NCBI GenBank assembly: GCA_963976155.1
Contig: CAXBKT010000001.1
Span: 1,308-65,307, forward strand
DNA: 64,000 nucleotides
Direction of reading: 5' to 3'
Source of the DNA: an uncultured Kordiimonadaceae bacterium
GTDB lineage: Bacteria; Pseudomonadota; Alphaproteobacteria; Sphingomonadales; Kordiimonadaceae
A program made the translations under genes and the position numbers. Position 1 is the stretch's first letter. Each line of letters begins with the position of its first letter. Of the stretch, positions 33,028 through 43,743 are shown in pieces. Under the pieces are notes generated by a model that saw only the letters and a list, made by a program, of their open reading frames with translations, was not told the DNA's origin and did not search any database.

Positions 33028-34392
33028 ATGTCCAAACCCAACCCAGTAATTGAATCCAAAGCTGAACTCCTTAGTTATATGGAAAAAGGCAACAAGCCTG
33101 ACCGTACAAGTTGGCGCATTGGGTCTGAACATGAAAAATTTATCTATTATAGGCCGGACCGTAGCCCCCTCGCCTATGAAGGCATAGGCGAAAAACCTGG
33201 TATTAAAGATGTTATTCAAGCTTTTGTTAAACGCGGATGGGAGCCTGTCGAAGAAAACGGCTTCTTAATTGCTGCCAAACTCAACGGCGCATCCATCACC
33301 CTTGAACCTGGTGGACAATTTGAGCTTTCAGGCGCACCGCTTAAAACCATTCACGACACATGCAATGAAACATCATCGCATTTACGTATGTCCCGTGAGA
33401 TAGGTGACGAACTAAATATTGGCTTCCTTGGCCTAGGCTTTCACCCAACGCTCAAGCGTGAAGAAGTGCCTGTAATGCCCAAAGCGCGTTATGATATTAT
33501 GCGGTCCTATATGCCCCAAAAAGGCACTATGGGCCTGGACATGATGCTACGCACCTGCACTGTTCAAGTTAATTTGGACTTTGCGAGCGAAGCCGACATG
33601 GTGGAGAAATTCCGCATCGGCGTAGCCCTGCAACCGCTCGCAACAGCGATGTTTGCCAATTCACCGCTCCGCGAGAACAAAGTGAATGGTTTCCGTAGCC
33701 TTAGAAGCCATGTTTGGACAGACACTGATCCAGACCGCTGCGGCATGCTACCTTTCATTTTTGAAGATGGTATGGGATTTGAACGATGGGTAGACCATGT
33801 ACTTGATGTACCCATGTATTTTGTAACGCGCGGCGGTAAATATCTTGATGCTTCGGGCCAGTCATTCCGTGACTTTATGGCAGGGAAATTACCTGTGCTT
33901 CCCGGTGAACTGCCAACCATCACAGACTGGGAAGACCATATGACTACGCTTTTCCCTGAAGTGCGTCTTAAAACTTTCCTTGAAATGCGCGGTGCGGATG
34001 GTGGCTCATGGTCGAGCCTTTGCGCATTACCTGCTTTTTGGGCCGGTCTCCTATATGATAAAGATGCACAAACTGCTGCTCTTGACCTAATCAAAGACTG
34101 GTCCATAGCTGATATGGAGCAGGCTCGCGCCGATACTCCAGCCCAAGGCCTGCAAACTATGCTTGCAGGTCGCACCCTTCAAAACATTGGCGTAGAAGCG
34201 CTTGCCATTGCTGACAAGGGCCTGAAAAACAGAGCTGCACTTTCCACAAGCGGGGAGACCGAACAAGGTTTCCTTTCCATGCTTCATGAAATTATTAGAA
34301 CGGGTAATTCCCCAGCCGACTCACTTCTCAAAAAGCTAAACGGCGATTGGGCGCAAAATACTGACATGGTATTTTCTGAACTAAGTTACTGA
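33028..34392 (+). CDS. gshA: Glutamate-cysteine ligase (alphaproteobacterial/plant type)
   Basis: IGSEHEKF, TLEPGGQFELSG, TCTVQVNLDF, FPEVRLKTFLEMRGAD. Confidence 0.96.
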   Translation: MSKPNPVIESKAELLSYMEKGNKPDRTSWRIGSEHEKFIYYRPDRSPLAYEGIGEKPGIKDVIQAFVKRGWEPVEENGFLIAAKLNGASITLEPGGQFELSGAPLKTIHDTCNETSSHLRMSREIGDELNIGFLGLGFHPTLKREEVPVMPKARYDIMRSYMPQKGTMGLDMMLRTCTVQVNLDFASEADMVEKFRIGVALQPLATAMFANSPLRENKVNGFRSLRSHVWTDTDPDRCGMLPFIFEDGMGFERWVDHVLDVPMYFVTRGGKYLDASGQSFRDFMAGKLPVLPGELPTITDWEDHMTTLFPEVRLKTFLEMRGADGGSWSSLCALPAFWAGLLYDKDAQTAALDLIKDWSIADMEQARADTPAQGLQTMLAGRTLQNIGVEALAIADKGLKNRAALSTSGETEQGFLSMLHEIIRTGNSPADSLLKKLNGDWAQNTDMVFSELSY

Positions 34393-34522
34393 TCTTGGCG
34401 AGTTAGGCTTTTTTTAATTTCCATAGCCTAATACAGCTATATCTTGTGTTTTTATGAACCCCACGACATTGTCATAGGGAATGTATGAACTGGTTAACGC
34501 TGTAGTGCATGGAGAAAAAGAC

Positions 34523-34798
34523 ATGGATTTTAAAGTCAACTCTACGGACAAGGGCCTGAAAATAGAGATTGATGGCACTTTAACTTTTGAGAACCACCGC
34601 GATTTTAAAGATATTTTGACTGCAATTAGAGACGCTCAAGAAGATGTCGAGATATCCCTTAAGGGACTTTCAAATATGGATTCAGCGGGTGCTGGCATGC
34701 TAAAGCTCGCACAAGACAAAGCACAACAGAATGGCAAGGACTTTAAACTAGCTAACATCCCTGAACAATTGGAAGTTTTTGTGGCTCTGTTGAAATAA
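34523..34798 (+). CDS. Stand-alone STAS domain protein
   Basis: IDGTLTF, LSNMDSAGAGML. Confidence 0.8.
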   Translation: MDFKVNSTDKGLKIEIDGTLTFENHRDFKDILTAIRDAQEDVEISLKGLSNMDSAGAGMLKLAQDKAQQNGKDFKLANIPEQLEVFVALLK

Positions 34799-34819
34799 GA
34801 TCGGTCTAAAGGCTGCAGA

Positions 34820-35338
34820 TTAGAGATATTTTAGCCAATCAATAAACCAATAAAGACAGATTACAAATACGCCCACAACTGCACTCCACATCAGAGCAAA
34901 AGGTAGGCCGGAAAACCGAGAACGCTTATCACGGTAATAACTGTCACACTGCAAACAGTGAAACCAGCCATCTTGCCTTCCTGCTGCTAGCCTAATCCCC
35001 GGTATAAAAGTTGGTACTTCTCCCTCAAAACTATGCACACGTGTTGACCCGCACTGAGCACAAGCCCTTTCTTCGCCGTCTTCATCAAGCTTAGTCGGTA
35101 TGGCACAGCGCGGCATTGTTGCAACCTTTTGCAAAACCTGTTCCGCAGCTTTCCAGTCAGAGGCACGCACCATAATATCTGCACGCACAGCGTAATTGAG
35201 TGCACCCATGTGCTCGCCGTTCATGAAAACCTTAATTCCGTGGCCTTCCAGCAAAGATCGCAATAATTGCCCGTCTGCTTGATCAAGACCGGAACGAATA
35301 GTGATCAGACGGTCCTGCTGTTCAAAATTAGCTGTCAT
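34820..35338 (-). CDS. DUF2007-like protein with CxxC pairs and C-terminal TM
   Basis: AxLLRSLLEGHGI, CAQCGS, CLQC, hydrophobic tail. Confidence 0.65.
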   Translation of the reverse strand: MTANFEQQDRLITIRSGLDQADGQLLRSLLEGHGIKVFMNGEHMGALNYAVRADIMVRASDWKAAEQVLQKVATMPRCAIPTKLDEDGEERACAQCGSTRVHSFEGEVPTFIPGIRLAAGRQDGWFHCLQCDSYYRDKRSRFSGLPFALMWSAVVGVFVICLYWFIDWLKYL

Positions 35339-35340
35339 TA

Positions 35341-35883
35341 TTAGTCATTCAATCCGGTATCAAGCCCATCAATTGACTTGAGGTTCTTCTTTTGTTGATA
35401 TTCAAGAATACCATCTTCCCCAAGGTTTTCAGTATATTTCACCAGAGTCTGACGTTCAGTTTTCAGCTCCATAACAGGCACCGCGTAACCGCAGCTTGTT
35501 TGCGTACTTTCTACGTCCATCAAAATAATCTGCCGAGCCCCAGGAAGGTTTGGAAATCTATCCTTCAGTTCTTCAAATTCAGGAGACCCCGCACGTGCTA
35601 CCCGCCCTTTGCCATATAATCGGTAAATTAAGGTTTGTCTTGAAAAGCTGTTGAACATGATTGTAACACGGCCATCATGCTTGAGGTGGGTCGCGGTCTC
35701 GTTACCGCTGCCAGTCATATCAAGGTACCCACATAAATTAGGCGATAAAACCCTAAAACAGTCCATACCTTTTGGGCTGAGGTTGATACGCCCTTCTTTA
35801 CAGGCCGTAGCGATAAAAAACATCGGTTGTTCGGCAATAAAGTCCGCATGCTTATCAGTGATATGATCAAAAAATTCAGCCAC
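35341..35883 (-). CDS. Pyridoxamine 5'-phosphate oxidase-like FMN-binding protein
   Basis: MFFIATA, NLSPKG, DMTGSGNET, QTSCGYAVP. Confidence 0.9.
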   Translation of the reverse strand: MAEFFDHITDKHADFIAEQPMFFIATACKEGRINLSPKGMDCFRVLSPNLCGYLDMTGSGNETATHLKHDGRVTIMFNSFSRQTLIYRLYGKGRVARAGSPEFEELKDRFPNLPGARQIILMDVESTQTSCGYAVPVMELKTERQTLVKYTENLGEDGILEYQQKKNLKSIDGLDTGLND

Positions 35884-36022
35884 GCTAATTCCATTCTTCA
35901 TCAAAAGGATCTGAAGGTCCAAACGGGATACCCGAAAAGCCTCTTCAGAATATAGTCATAAAACCGTGATAGATTAACCCTTATATTAGAGGGAATTTCT
36001 TTTTCTCGGAGTAAGTTAAACT

Positions 36023-36286
36023 GTGAAAACCCTGATACGTTGGATTGCACTACCAATTGGCCTAATAATTTTTTTCATTGGCGCGGTAACCTTCCCCTTA
36101 CCCATTCCAACCGGACTTATTCTGATGGTCATTGGTATTTCGATTGCAGCCCTTAATCCAGCCATGCTGCGCTGGCTCAAAAAAACACGTAAAAAATATC
36201 CAAAAACCAATTTTCATATTCGCCGCCTCGCACCCTACATGCCTCGATTTGTCCAGCGGGTGATCCGGCGGACAGATTCAAAATAG
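36023..36286 (+). CDS. Small membrane protein, paralog of 21014-21283
   Basis: Two TM segments around PLPIPTG, basic C-terminus RVIRRTD. Confidence 0.7.
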   Translation: MKTLIRWIALPIGLIIFFIGAVTFPLPIPTGLILMVIGISIAALNPAMLRWLKKTRKKYPKTNFHIRRLAPYMPRFVQRVIRRTDSK

Positions 36287-36377
36287 TTTTGTCTTATTGC
36301 ATCTGATAATGATATCTTTCTTGCAGGAAGAATATCAGCCAAGTAGGTTTTTCCATAAACCCAAGAGAGACACACAA

Positions 36378-36875
36378 GTGGCACGCATAAGACCTTATAA
36401 AAGCACAGATTGGCCTGCTGTTGAGCGCATCACACAGGAAGGCATTGATACAGGTGTAGCCACCTTTGAAATTAAACCAAAATCTCAAGAAAAATGGGAA
36501 GAGGAAAGCATTCCTGGCACCCAACTTGTTGCAGCGGAAGAAGACGGTGTTGTGCACGGCTGGGCCCTTTTATGGCCCGTTTCTGATCGCTGCGCCTACA
36601 CTGGTGTGTCTGAAGTGAGCGTTTATGTGTCAAAAAATGCGCAAGGCCGTGGAATTGGTAAACTTTTACTGAATGCGGTTATTAAAAAATCCGAAGAAAT
36701 CGGCATCTGGACCATTCAGGCTGGCATTTTTGAGGACAACCCCAGCTCCATCGCACTGCATCTGTCTTGCGGTTTTCGGCTTATAGGCGTTCGGGAACGC
36801 ATCGGGAAACTACGTGGCATTTGGAAAAATAGCCAACAATATGAGCGCCGTAGTAGTGTGGTCGGCATCGAATAA
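36378..36875 (+). CDS. GNAT N-acetyltransferase (phosphinothricin acetyltransferase/YncA-like)
   Basis: ATFE, SDRCAYTGV, QGRGIGKLL, SIALHLSCGFR. Confidence 0.9.
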   Translation: MARIRPYKSTDWPAVERITQEGIDTGVATFEIKPKSQEKWEEESIPGTQLVAAEEDGVVHGWALLWPVSDRCAYTGVSEVSVYVSKNAQGRGIGKLLLNAVIKKSEEIGIWTIQAGIFEDNPSSIALHLSCGFRLIGVRERIGKLRGIWKNSQQYERRSSVVGIE

Positions 36876-37033
36876 ACACTTTTAAACACTACCTTTTTTC
36901 TCGATCACTAAAATGCGTATCCTACCGGTAACGCATATCCACCCCACCATCAAGCACCGCGAGAACTTCTTTTATAGATTGTAAAATACCCTCAAAGCTG
37001 CATTATTAAATACACTAGATGTTGGGGGAAAAT

Positions 37034-37942
37034 ATGATGAAATACTGCTTAACACTGCTCGCCTTTTTAACCTTTGCTACAACGGCAGTTGCACTAGCCC
37101 CGCCCCCCTATGAGCAAATGACCTATGAGCAACTTAAGCAGGTAGATCAATCAAAATTACTTAAAGCCGAGAAAAAGGCGTGGAAGAAAGCATTTCGAAA
37201 AGCTGCAAAGACCCACAGAAAAGTCGAAAAAAAGAAAGCTAAAGCCAAAGAAAAACGAAGGAAATTAGAAGAAAAAGCTAGGAAAGAGCGTAAAAAATTA
37301 CTCGCAAAAAGGCTTAAAGAGTATGAACGATCATACTCAAAAACCAGAATACTCATGGACGAATATGAGCCCCATATACAAATCATAGGTAACCGCACAA
37401 GCTGGCAGGCCAATTCCAGTTTAAACTTTATTTTGTCTCGGCCTGTACCAACAGAGTATTTCATGCGGGCCTTCTATAATCCCAATACTCAGACATTAAC
37501 TCTGCAAGTATATTGCATCAAATCTTTCACAGAAAAAATACCCGTAACGCCAGAAGGAGTGCCCCTAACTTCACCCATGCAGTACGCAGCATATGCGAAT
37601 TGGTGGGGCAATTACTATAAAGCTACGCTTCGTGGAGGTAGCGGACGTAAGATAATCGCCATAACCAAAAACGCAAAAAACAGCGCTGGCTCTTACTATA
37701 ACTTTTACGAGGAATCTGCAATTTACATAGACACCGAAGACTTATTTCAATCCATCCGCAATAATGAAAATCTCAGTATCAAAGTGTCAACACGGTCAAA
37801 GACCCCAGTTTTGATTACCTTAACTCCTGACTATATAGCAGGTTTCATAAAAAAGCTTTCTGAAGTTGACAGTCGGCTAGCCCATTTTGCGAAAACAGCC
37901 GAAATCTTTCTGACACAAGAAAGTCAAAAATTAAGCGAATAA
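37034..37942 (+). CDS. Secreted hypothetical protein with Lys-rich helical N-terminal region
   Basis: Signal peptide, PPYEQMTYEQLK module, K/E/R-rich helix, unrecognised globular C-terminus. Confidence 0.75.
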   Translation: MMKYCLTLLAFLTFATTAVALAPPPYEQMTYEQLKQVDQSKLLKAEKKAWKKAFRKAAKTHRKVEKKKAKAKEKRRKLEEKARKERKKLLAKRLKEYERSYSKTRILMDEYEPHIQIIGNRTSWQANSSLNFILSRPVPTEYFMRAFYNPNTQTLTLQVYCIKSFTEKIPVTPEGVPLTSPMQYAAYANWWGNYYKATLRGGSGRKIIAITKNAKNSAGSYYNFYEESAIYIDTEDLFQSIRNNENLSIKVSTRSKTPVLITLTPDYIAGFIKKLSEVDSRLAHFAKTAEIFLTQESQKLSE

Positions 37943-37965
37943 TGAAATCATCCCAACTCTGATAA

Positions 37966-38319
37966 CTATAAACCCAGCTCACTTCGCAGCTTTTTCGTCA
38001 GCTTAGCTGCAATAATCTCATGAGCATCACTAATATAGCTTTTGACATCCTCGTCACTGAGTGCACCATCACGCTCCAGCTGCACCCATTTTGCGCGCGC
38101 CAAATAAGGCGCGGGAATAACACCGTCTAATTCACACAGAATTTGATAACTTAAGTCACTGCACTTGAAACTTATTTTCTGCTCCATCCCTTCACCCCAG
38201 ATAGAGCAGATAGCAAATATCTTACCGCCAACTTTCCAAACCGAACTGTTCCCCCACTGGATAACATTGGTTGTTGCCTTCAAACCCCGGCAATAGTCAT
38301 CAAATTCGTCACGTGTCAT
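37966..38319 (-). CDS. MmcQ/YjbR family protein
   Basis: VWKVGGKIFA, APYLARAKWV. Confidence 0.9.
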   Translation of the reverse strand: MTRDEFDDYCRGLKATTNVIQWGNSSVWKVGGKIFAICSIWGEGMEQKISFKCSDLSYQILCELDGVIPAPYLARAKWVQLERDGALSDEDVKSYISDAHEIIAAKLTKKLRSELGL

Positions 38320-38404
38320 TGCCGCTATCTCCCATGTTTCATTTCCTTCTTGTTAATACTTCGACACTAACATGCAACCCTTATCAGCCGGGAAAGGACA
38401 CACG

Positions 38405-38734
38405 ATGAAACCTCTATTAGTTGCAGTATCCCTATTCGCTTTTTCAGCTACAAGTATTGCACAAGACACGCCACCATCTTACGATCAAATGACCTACGAG
38501 CAACTTAAAGCCATTGACAAAAAGGCACTGAAGAAGGGCGAGAAAAAAGCCTATATGAAGGCCCTTAAAAAGGCCCAAAAAGCCCATAAAACAGAACATA
38601 ACCCTTCGCCCGAAAAAAAGGCGGCTGCGGGAATAAAAAAGCATAAAGGCAAACACAAAGATAAAATGGGCAAAAAAGACAAGAAAAAGAAAGATTATGA
38701 CGATGAAGATGGCGATGATCCTGATATAAAGTAA
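38405..38734 (+). CDS. Small secreted Lys-rich protein with acidic tail
   Basis: AAGGA RBS, signal peptide, PSYDQMTYEQLK module, ends DYDDEDGDDPDIK. Confidence 0.75.
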   Translation: MKPLLVAVSLFAFSATSIAQDTPPSYDQMTYEQLKAIDKKALKKGEKKAYMKALKKAQKAHKTEHNPSPEKKAAAGIKKHKGKHKDKMGKKDKKKKDYDDEDGDDPDIK

Positions 38735-38745
38735 TCATACCAATT

Positions 38746-38770
38746 CGGTGCCCTTCATTTTAGGGCACCG
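38746..38770. terminator. Probable bidirectional terminator
   Basis: CGGTGCCCT-N7-AGGGCACCG between convergent genes. Confidence 0.75.
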
Positions 38771-38775
38771 TTTCT

Positions 38776-40926
38776 CTAAAACATCTTTCTATGGCTTTTG
38801 GCCTTTTTGGTGCGCGTACCTGGTTTGCCGCCCAGCGAGCGTCCTTTTGGCTTACCGTGTGTGGTGCCAAGGCCCAGTTCACCGGCTTCTAGCTTCCGGA
38901 TTTCATCGCGCAAACGCGCAGCTTCTTCAAACTCAAGGTTCTCGGCTGCTTCATGCATTTTCTTCGTCAGCGCCGCCATATGGGTTTTAAGATTTGAACC
39001 CACTAGGTGCTTGGCGTCACCGCCAATACCCACCGTGACATAATCACCAGACGTTGCATGCTCAATGATATCCCCAACATTCTTCTTAACCGACTGCGGT
39101 GTAATGCCGTGTAACTCATTGTAAGCAGTTTGTTTTTCTCGCCTCCGATTGGTTTCCTTGATCGCAGCATCCATCGAGCCCGTGATTTTATCGGCATAGA
39201 GAATTACACGCCCATCCACATTCCGCGCGGCACGGCCAATCGTTTGCACGAGCGAACGTTCTGAACGCAAAAAGCCCTCTTTATCTGCATCCAGAATCGC
39301 CACCAGACCACACTCAGGGATATCCAACCCCTCGCGCAGCAAGTTGATACCCACAAGCACGTCAAAGGCCCCAAGTCGCAAATCTCGGATAATTTCGATC
39401 CGCTCAAGCGTATCAATATCAGAGTGCATATAGCGTACTTTGATACCGTTTTCATGCAGATACTCGGTCAGGTCCTCGGCCATGCGCTTGGTCAGCGTGG
39501 TCGCCAGCACCCGCATGCCCTTTTCAGCAATACGCCGCGCCTCATGCATCAGGTCATCAACTTGGCTTTCTACCGGACGCACATCAATTTCAGGGTCGAC
39601 TAGGCCTGTGGGGCGAATAACCTGCTCTGCAAACACACCGCCGGTACGCTCCATTTCCCAATCACCCGGCGTCGCTGACACATAAACAGACTGCGGACGC
39701 ATTGCGTCCCACTCTTCAAAACGAAGGGGTCTGTTGTCCTTACAGCTCGGCAACCGGAACCCAAAGTCCGCCAGCGTACCTTTACGCTTCGCGTCGCCCC
39801 TGCTCATGCCATTGATTTGCCCAACACCCACATGGCTCTCATCCACAAATAGAAGGGCGTTTTCCGGGATATATTCAAAGAGGGTTGGCGGTGCTTCGCC
39901 GGTATTCCGTCCTGACAAATAGCGGCTGTAATTTTCAATACCCGGACAGCTACCTGTCGCCTCCATCATCTCAAGGTCAAACGTCGTACGCTGCTCAATG
40001 CGTTGCAGCTCGAGCAATCGGTCAGCCTCCTTATATTCCTTGAGGCGCTGCGCGAGTTCAAGTTTGATGCCCTTGATCGCCTGATCAAGTGTTGGACGCG
40101 GTGTTACATAGTGGCTATTAGCGTAAACCTTAATGGTTTCGAGTATCTGTATCTTCTCACCAGTGAGCGGGTCAAACTCGACAATTTCCTCAACCTCGTC
40201 GCCAAACATCATCAGACGCCAAGCACGGTCTTCAAGGTGGCTTGGGAAAATATCGATAACATCGCCGCGAACCCGAAAAGTACCACGCTGAAAAGCTGCA
40301 TCATTCCGGGTATATTGCATCGCAACAAGGCGGCGCAGCAGGTCACGGTTATCTATCTCATCACCCGCTTTTACAGTGAAAGCCATCGCCGTATAGGTTT
40401 CCACCGCGCCGATACCATAAATGCAAGACACGGACGCAATAATGATAACATCATCTCGTTCTAAGATCGCACGCGTTGCAGAATGGCGCATACGGTCAAT
40501 CTGCTCATTGATCGAGGCTTCTTTTTCAACAAAAGTATCAGTACGTGGCACATACGCTTCTGGTTGATAATAGTCATAGTAAGATACAAAATATTCGACC
40601 GCATTGTTGGGAAAGAAGTTTTTAAACTCCCCGTAGAGCTGGGCTGCGAGCGTTTTATTGGGCGCAAGGATCAGCGCTGGTCGCTGCGTCTCCTCAATGA
40701 TTTTGGCCATAGTGAAAGTTTTACCGGAACCAGTCACCCCAAGGAGCACCTGATCTCGTTCACCGCCCTTAATGCCTTCTACCAGCTCAGCAATCGCCGT
40801 AGGCTGGTCACCCGCAGGCTCAAAATCCGATACTATCTCGAACCTTTTTCCACCCTCAGATTTCTCAGGGCGGTTGATTATACGAGGCTCAAATTGAACA
40901 GGCAGAGTTTCGATAGATGGCATCAT
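38776..40926 (-). CDS. uvrB: Excinuclease ABC subunit B
   Basis: [40 protein letters not shown] domain FEEAARLRD. Confidence 0.98.
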   Translation of the reverse strand: MMPSIETLPVQFEPRIINRPEKSEGGKRFEIVSDFEPAGDQPTAIAELVEGIKGGERDQVLLGVTGSGKTFTMAKIIEETQRPALILAPNKTLAAQLYGEFKNFFPNNAVEYFVSYYDYYQPEAYVPRTDTFVEKEASINEQIDRMRHSATRAILERDDVIIIASVSCIYGIGAVETYTAMAFTVKAGDEIDNRDLLRRLVAMQYTRNDAAFQRGTFRVRGDVIDIFPSHLEDRAWRLMMFGDEVEEIVEFDPLTGEKIQILETIKVYANSHYVTPRPTLDQAIKGIKLELAQRLKEYKEADRLLELQRIEQRTTFDLEMMEATGSCPGIENYSRYLSGRNTGEAPPTLFEYIPENALLFVDESHVGVGQINGMSRGDAKRKGTLADFGFRLPSCKDNRPLRFEEWDAMRPQSVYVSATPGDWEMERTGGVFAEQVIRPTGLVDPEIDVRPVESQVDDLMHEARRIAEKGMRVLATTLTKRMAEDLTEYLHENGIKVRYMHSDIDTLERIEIIRDLRLGAFDVLVGINLLREGLDIPECGLVAILDADKEGFLRSERSLVQTIGRAARNVDGRVILYADKITGSMDAAIKETNRRREKQTAYNELHGITPQSVKKNVGDIIEHATSGDYVTVGIGGDAKHLVGSNLKTHMAALTKKMHEAAENLEFEEAARLRDEIRKLEAGELGLGTTHGKPKGRSLGGKPGTRTKKAKSHRKMF

Positions 40927-41016
40927 TAAAGCTCCAGAACACTTGGCAGCCACACTGCCCCGAGCGCGCATTCTCTTCAAGAAAGAAATCAGGTTATGCG
41001 CCTTCCTATCAAGGAT

Positions 41017-41039
41017 GTACTGACATAATTTGTCAGCAC
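41017..41039. promoter_or_regulatory. Palindromic operator GTACTGACA-N5-TGTCAGCAC
   Basis: Second copy of the 21320-21342 motif, ~90 nt upstream of uvrB and ~115 nt upstream of the sigma54 site. Confidence 0.65.
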
Positions 41040-41154
41040 ATTAACTGTATATATTTTATACATTGTTTATTTATTGATCATTTCGATTAACACTCTTTGT
41101 CAATACATGAGAAATAAATATTTATTATCAAATACTTATACAGATACTCGCCTG

Positions 41155-41170
41155 TGGCACAATCCTTGCT
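41155..41170 (+). promoter_or_regulatory. sigma54 (-24/-12) promoter of the porin gene
   Basis: TGGCAC-AATCC-TTGCT with exact GG-N10-GC spacing; AT-rich tract upstream. Confidence 0.8.
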
Positions 41171-41227
41171 AACCAAGCCAAGTGAACCATAAAAATGAAA
41201 CTAAAATCCATACTCGGAGGAAAAAGT

Positions 41228-41929
41228 ATGCCCATTCTTACCTCAAAATATTTCCGCGTGGTCCTAGTTATCACCGCCGCCGCCAGTGCAGCAGCAACCG
41301 CTTCGCCAGCATTTGCTGAAGATAATACCTTCAACCTCTCAGCCAATGCAGCTCTTGTTTCAGACTATCGCTTCCGCGGCATCTCACTTTCAGACAAAGA
41401 CCCTGCCCTCCAAGGTGGTTTTGACCTCGAAACTAAAAGCGGCTTCTATGTTGGCACATGGGGTTCTTCAATCGAAAGCTACGAAGGGTCAGAGCTCGAA
41501 CTGGATGTCTACGGCGGTTATGCGGCAAACTTTGGCGGTCTGGACTTTGATATCGGCATCCTTGCTTACACCTACCCCGGATCAAGTAACACCACATACT
41601 GGGAAGCATATTCGTCCGTCGGCGGGTCCGCGGGCATCGTAAACTGGACACTCGGCGCCGCCTACGCCTTCGACCAAAAAAGCATCGGGGATGATGATAA
41701 TATCTACCTCTATCTGGGCGCAGGTGTACCAATCGCCAACACACCCCTCACTCTATCCAGTCACATAGCCTATGAGGACGGCGCCTTTGGCACTGACAAA
41801 TGGGATTGGGCACTCGGTATAACTTATAACTTCCAGCAGTTTTCGTTAAGCCTCAGCTATATCGACACCAATGTAAACAGCCGGACAGGAAAAGGTGGTG
41901 TAGTTGCCTCCCTATCTACTTCTTTTTAA
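41228..41929 (+). CDS. TorF-family putative outer-membrane porin (TIGR02001-like)
   Basis: GGAGG RBS, signal peptide, SDYRFRGISLS, PALQGGFD, GFYVGTWGS, ELDVYGGY, terminal Phe. Confidence 0.88.
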   Translation: MPILTSKYFRVVLVITAAASAAATASPAFAEDNTFNLSANAALVSDYRFRGISLSDKDPALQGGFDLETKSGFYVGTWGSSIESYEGSELELDVYGGYAANFGGLDFDIGILAYTYPGSSNTTYWEAYSSVGGSAGIVNWTLGAAYAFDQKSIGDDDNIYLYLGAGVPIANTPLTLSSHIAYEDGAFGTDKWDWALGITYNFQQFSLSLSYIDTNVNSRTGKGGVVASLSTSF

Positions 41930-41937
41930 AACCCGAA

Positions 41938-42100
41938 CAGCATCCTTTGTTTCTATCTTCCCTGATAACCTTACAAAGGACGCTGAATTCGCGCCCACCC
42001 AGCTATAGCTGCCTCCCCGCATATAGCTAGTTTGCGCGAACACACTGAAGAGCATAGCGGCCCCATTACCTCCCACTTTGGCCTCTATGCTCTTTTTTTT
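41938..42100 (+). ncRNA. Candidate cuckoo-like sRNA: three hairpins with CCUCCC-type loops, ending in a U-tract
   Basis: Stems 41938-41985, 41988-42040 and 42048-42094; loops CUUCCCU, CCUCCCC and UUACCUCCCA; 3' U-tract ending at 42100. Confidence 0.65.
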
Positions 42101-42120
42101 GCTTCAAGAAAAACACCTAA

Positions 42121-43419
<1,299 letters not shown>

Positions 43420-43743
43420 CGAAATGACGACAAGCATCACAACGCTTGCAACTCTCTTAACTTTTTCCTCTGTGTTTTTGCACACTAGCCGAAACGCAGA
43501 GGTCAAACACCCCAAAGACCCCCCTTTTCGCCAGCCTATACGACAGGACATAACTTACGCCCTTACTAATACTGCCCCTACTTACCGACTATAAAGTATA
43601 AGGTTTATGTTTGGTCGTCGTCATCCAGCTAAAGCACTGCAATGAGTGCGTATTGCCAATATTCAACAAGAGGTTTATATTAACGCATAAGGATAACACC
43701 CCCAAAAGAGGGTGGTTTATAATAAATTAAAAAGGATACCCAG

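Noticed and set aside
41045-41063. E. coli-like SOS box CTGT...ACAT upstream of uvrB
   Set aside because: The spacer is 11 nt rather than 8, the right half is imperfect, and alphaproteobacterial LexA uses GTTC-N7-GTTC.
43424-43594. 56-aa ORF after the aminotransferase with a hydrophobic start
   Set aside because: No RBS, no recognisable motif; likely spurious or a degraded remnant.
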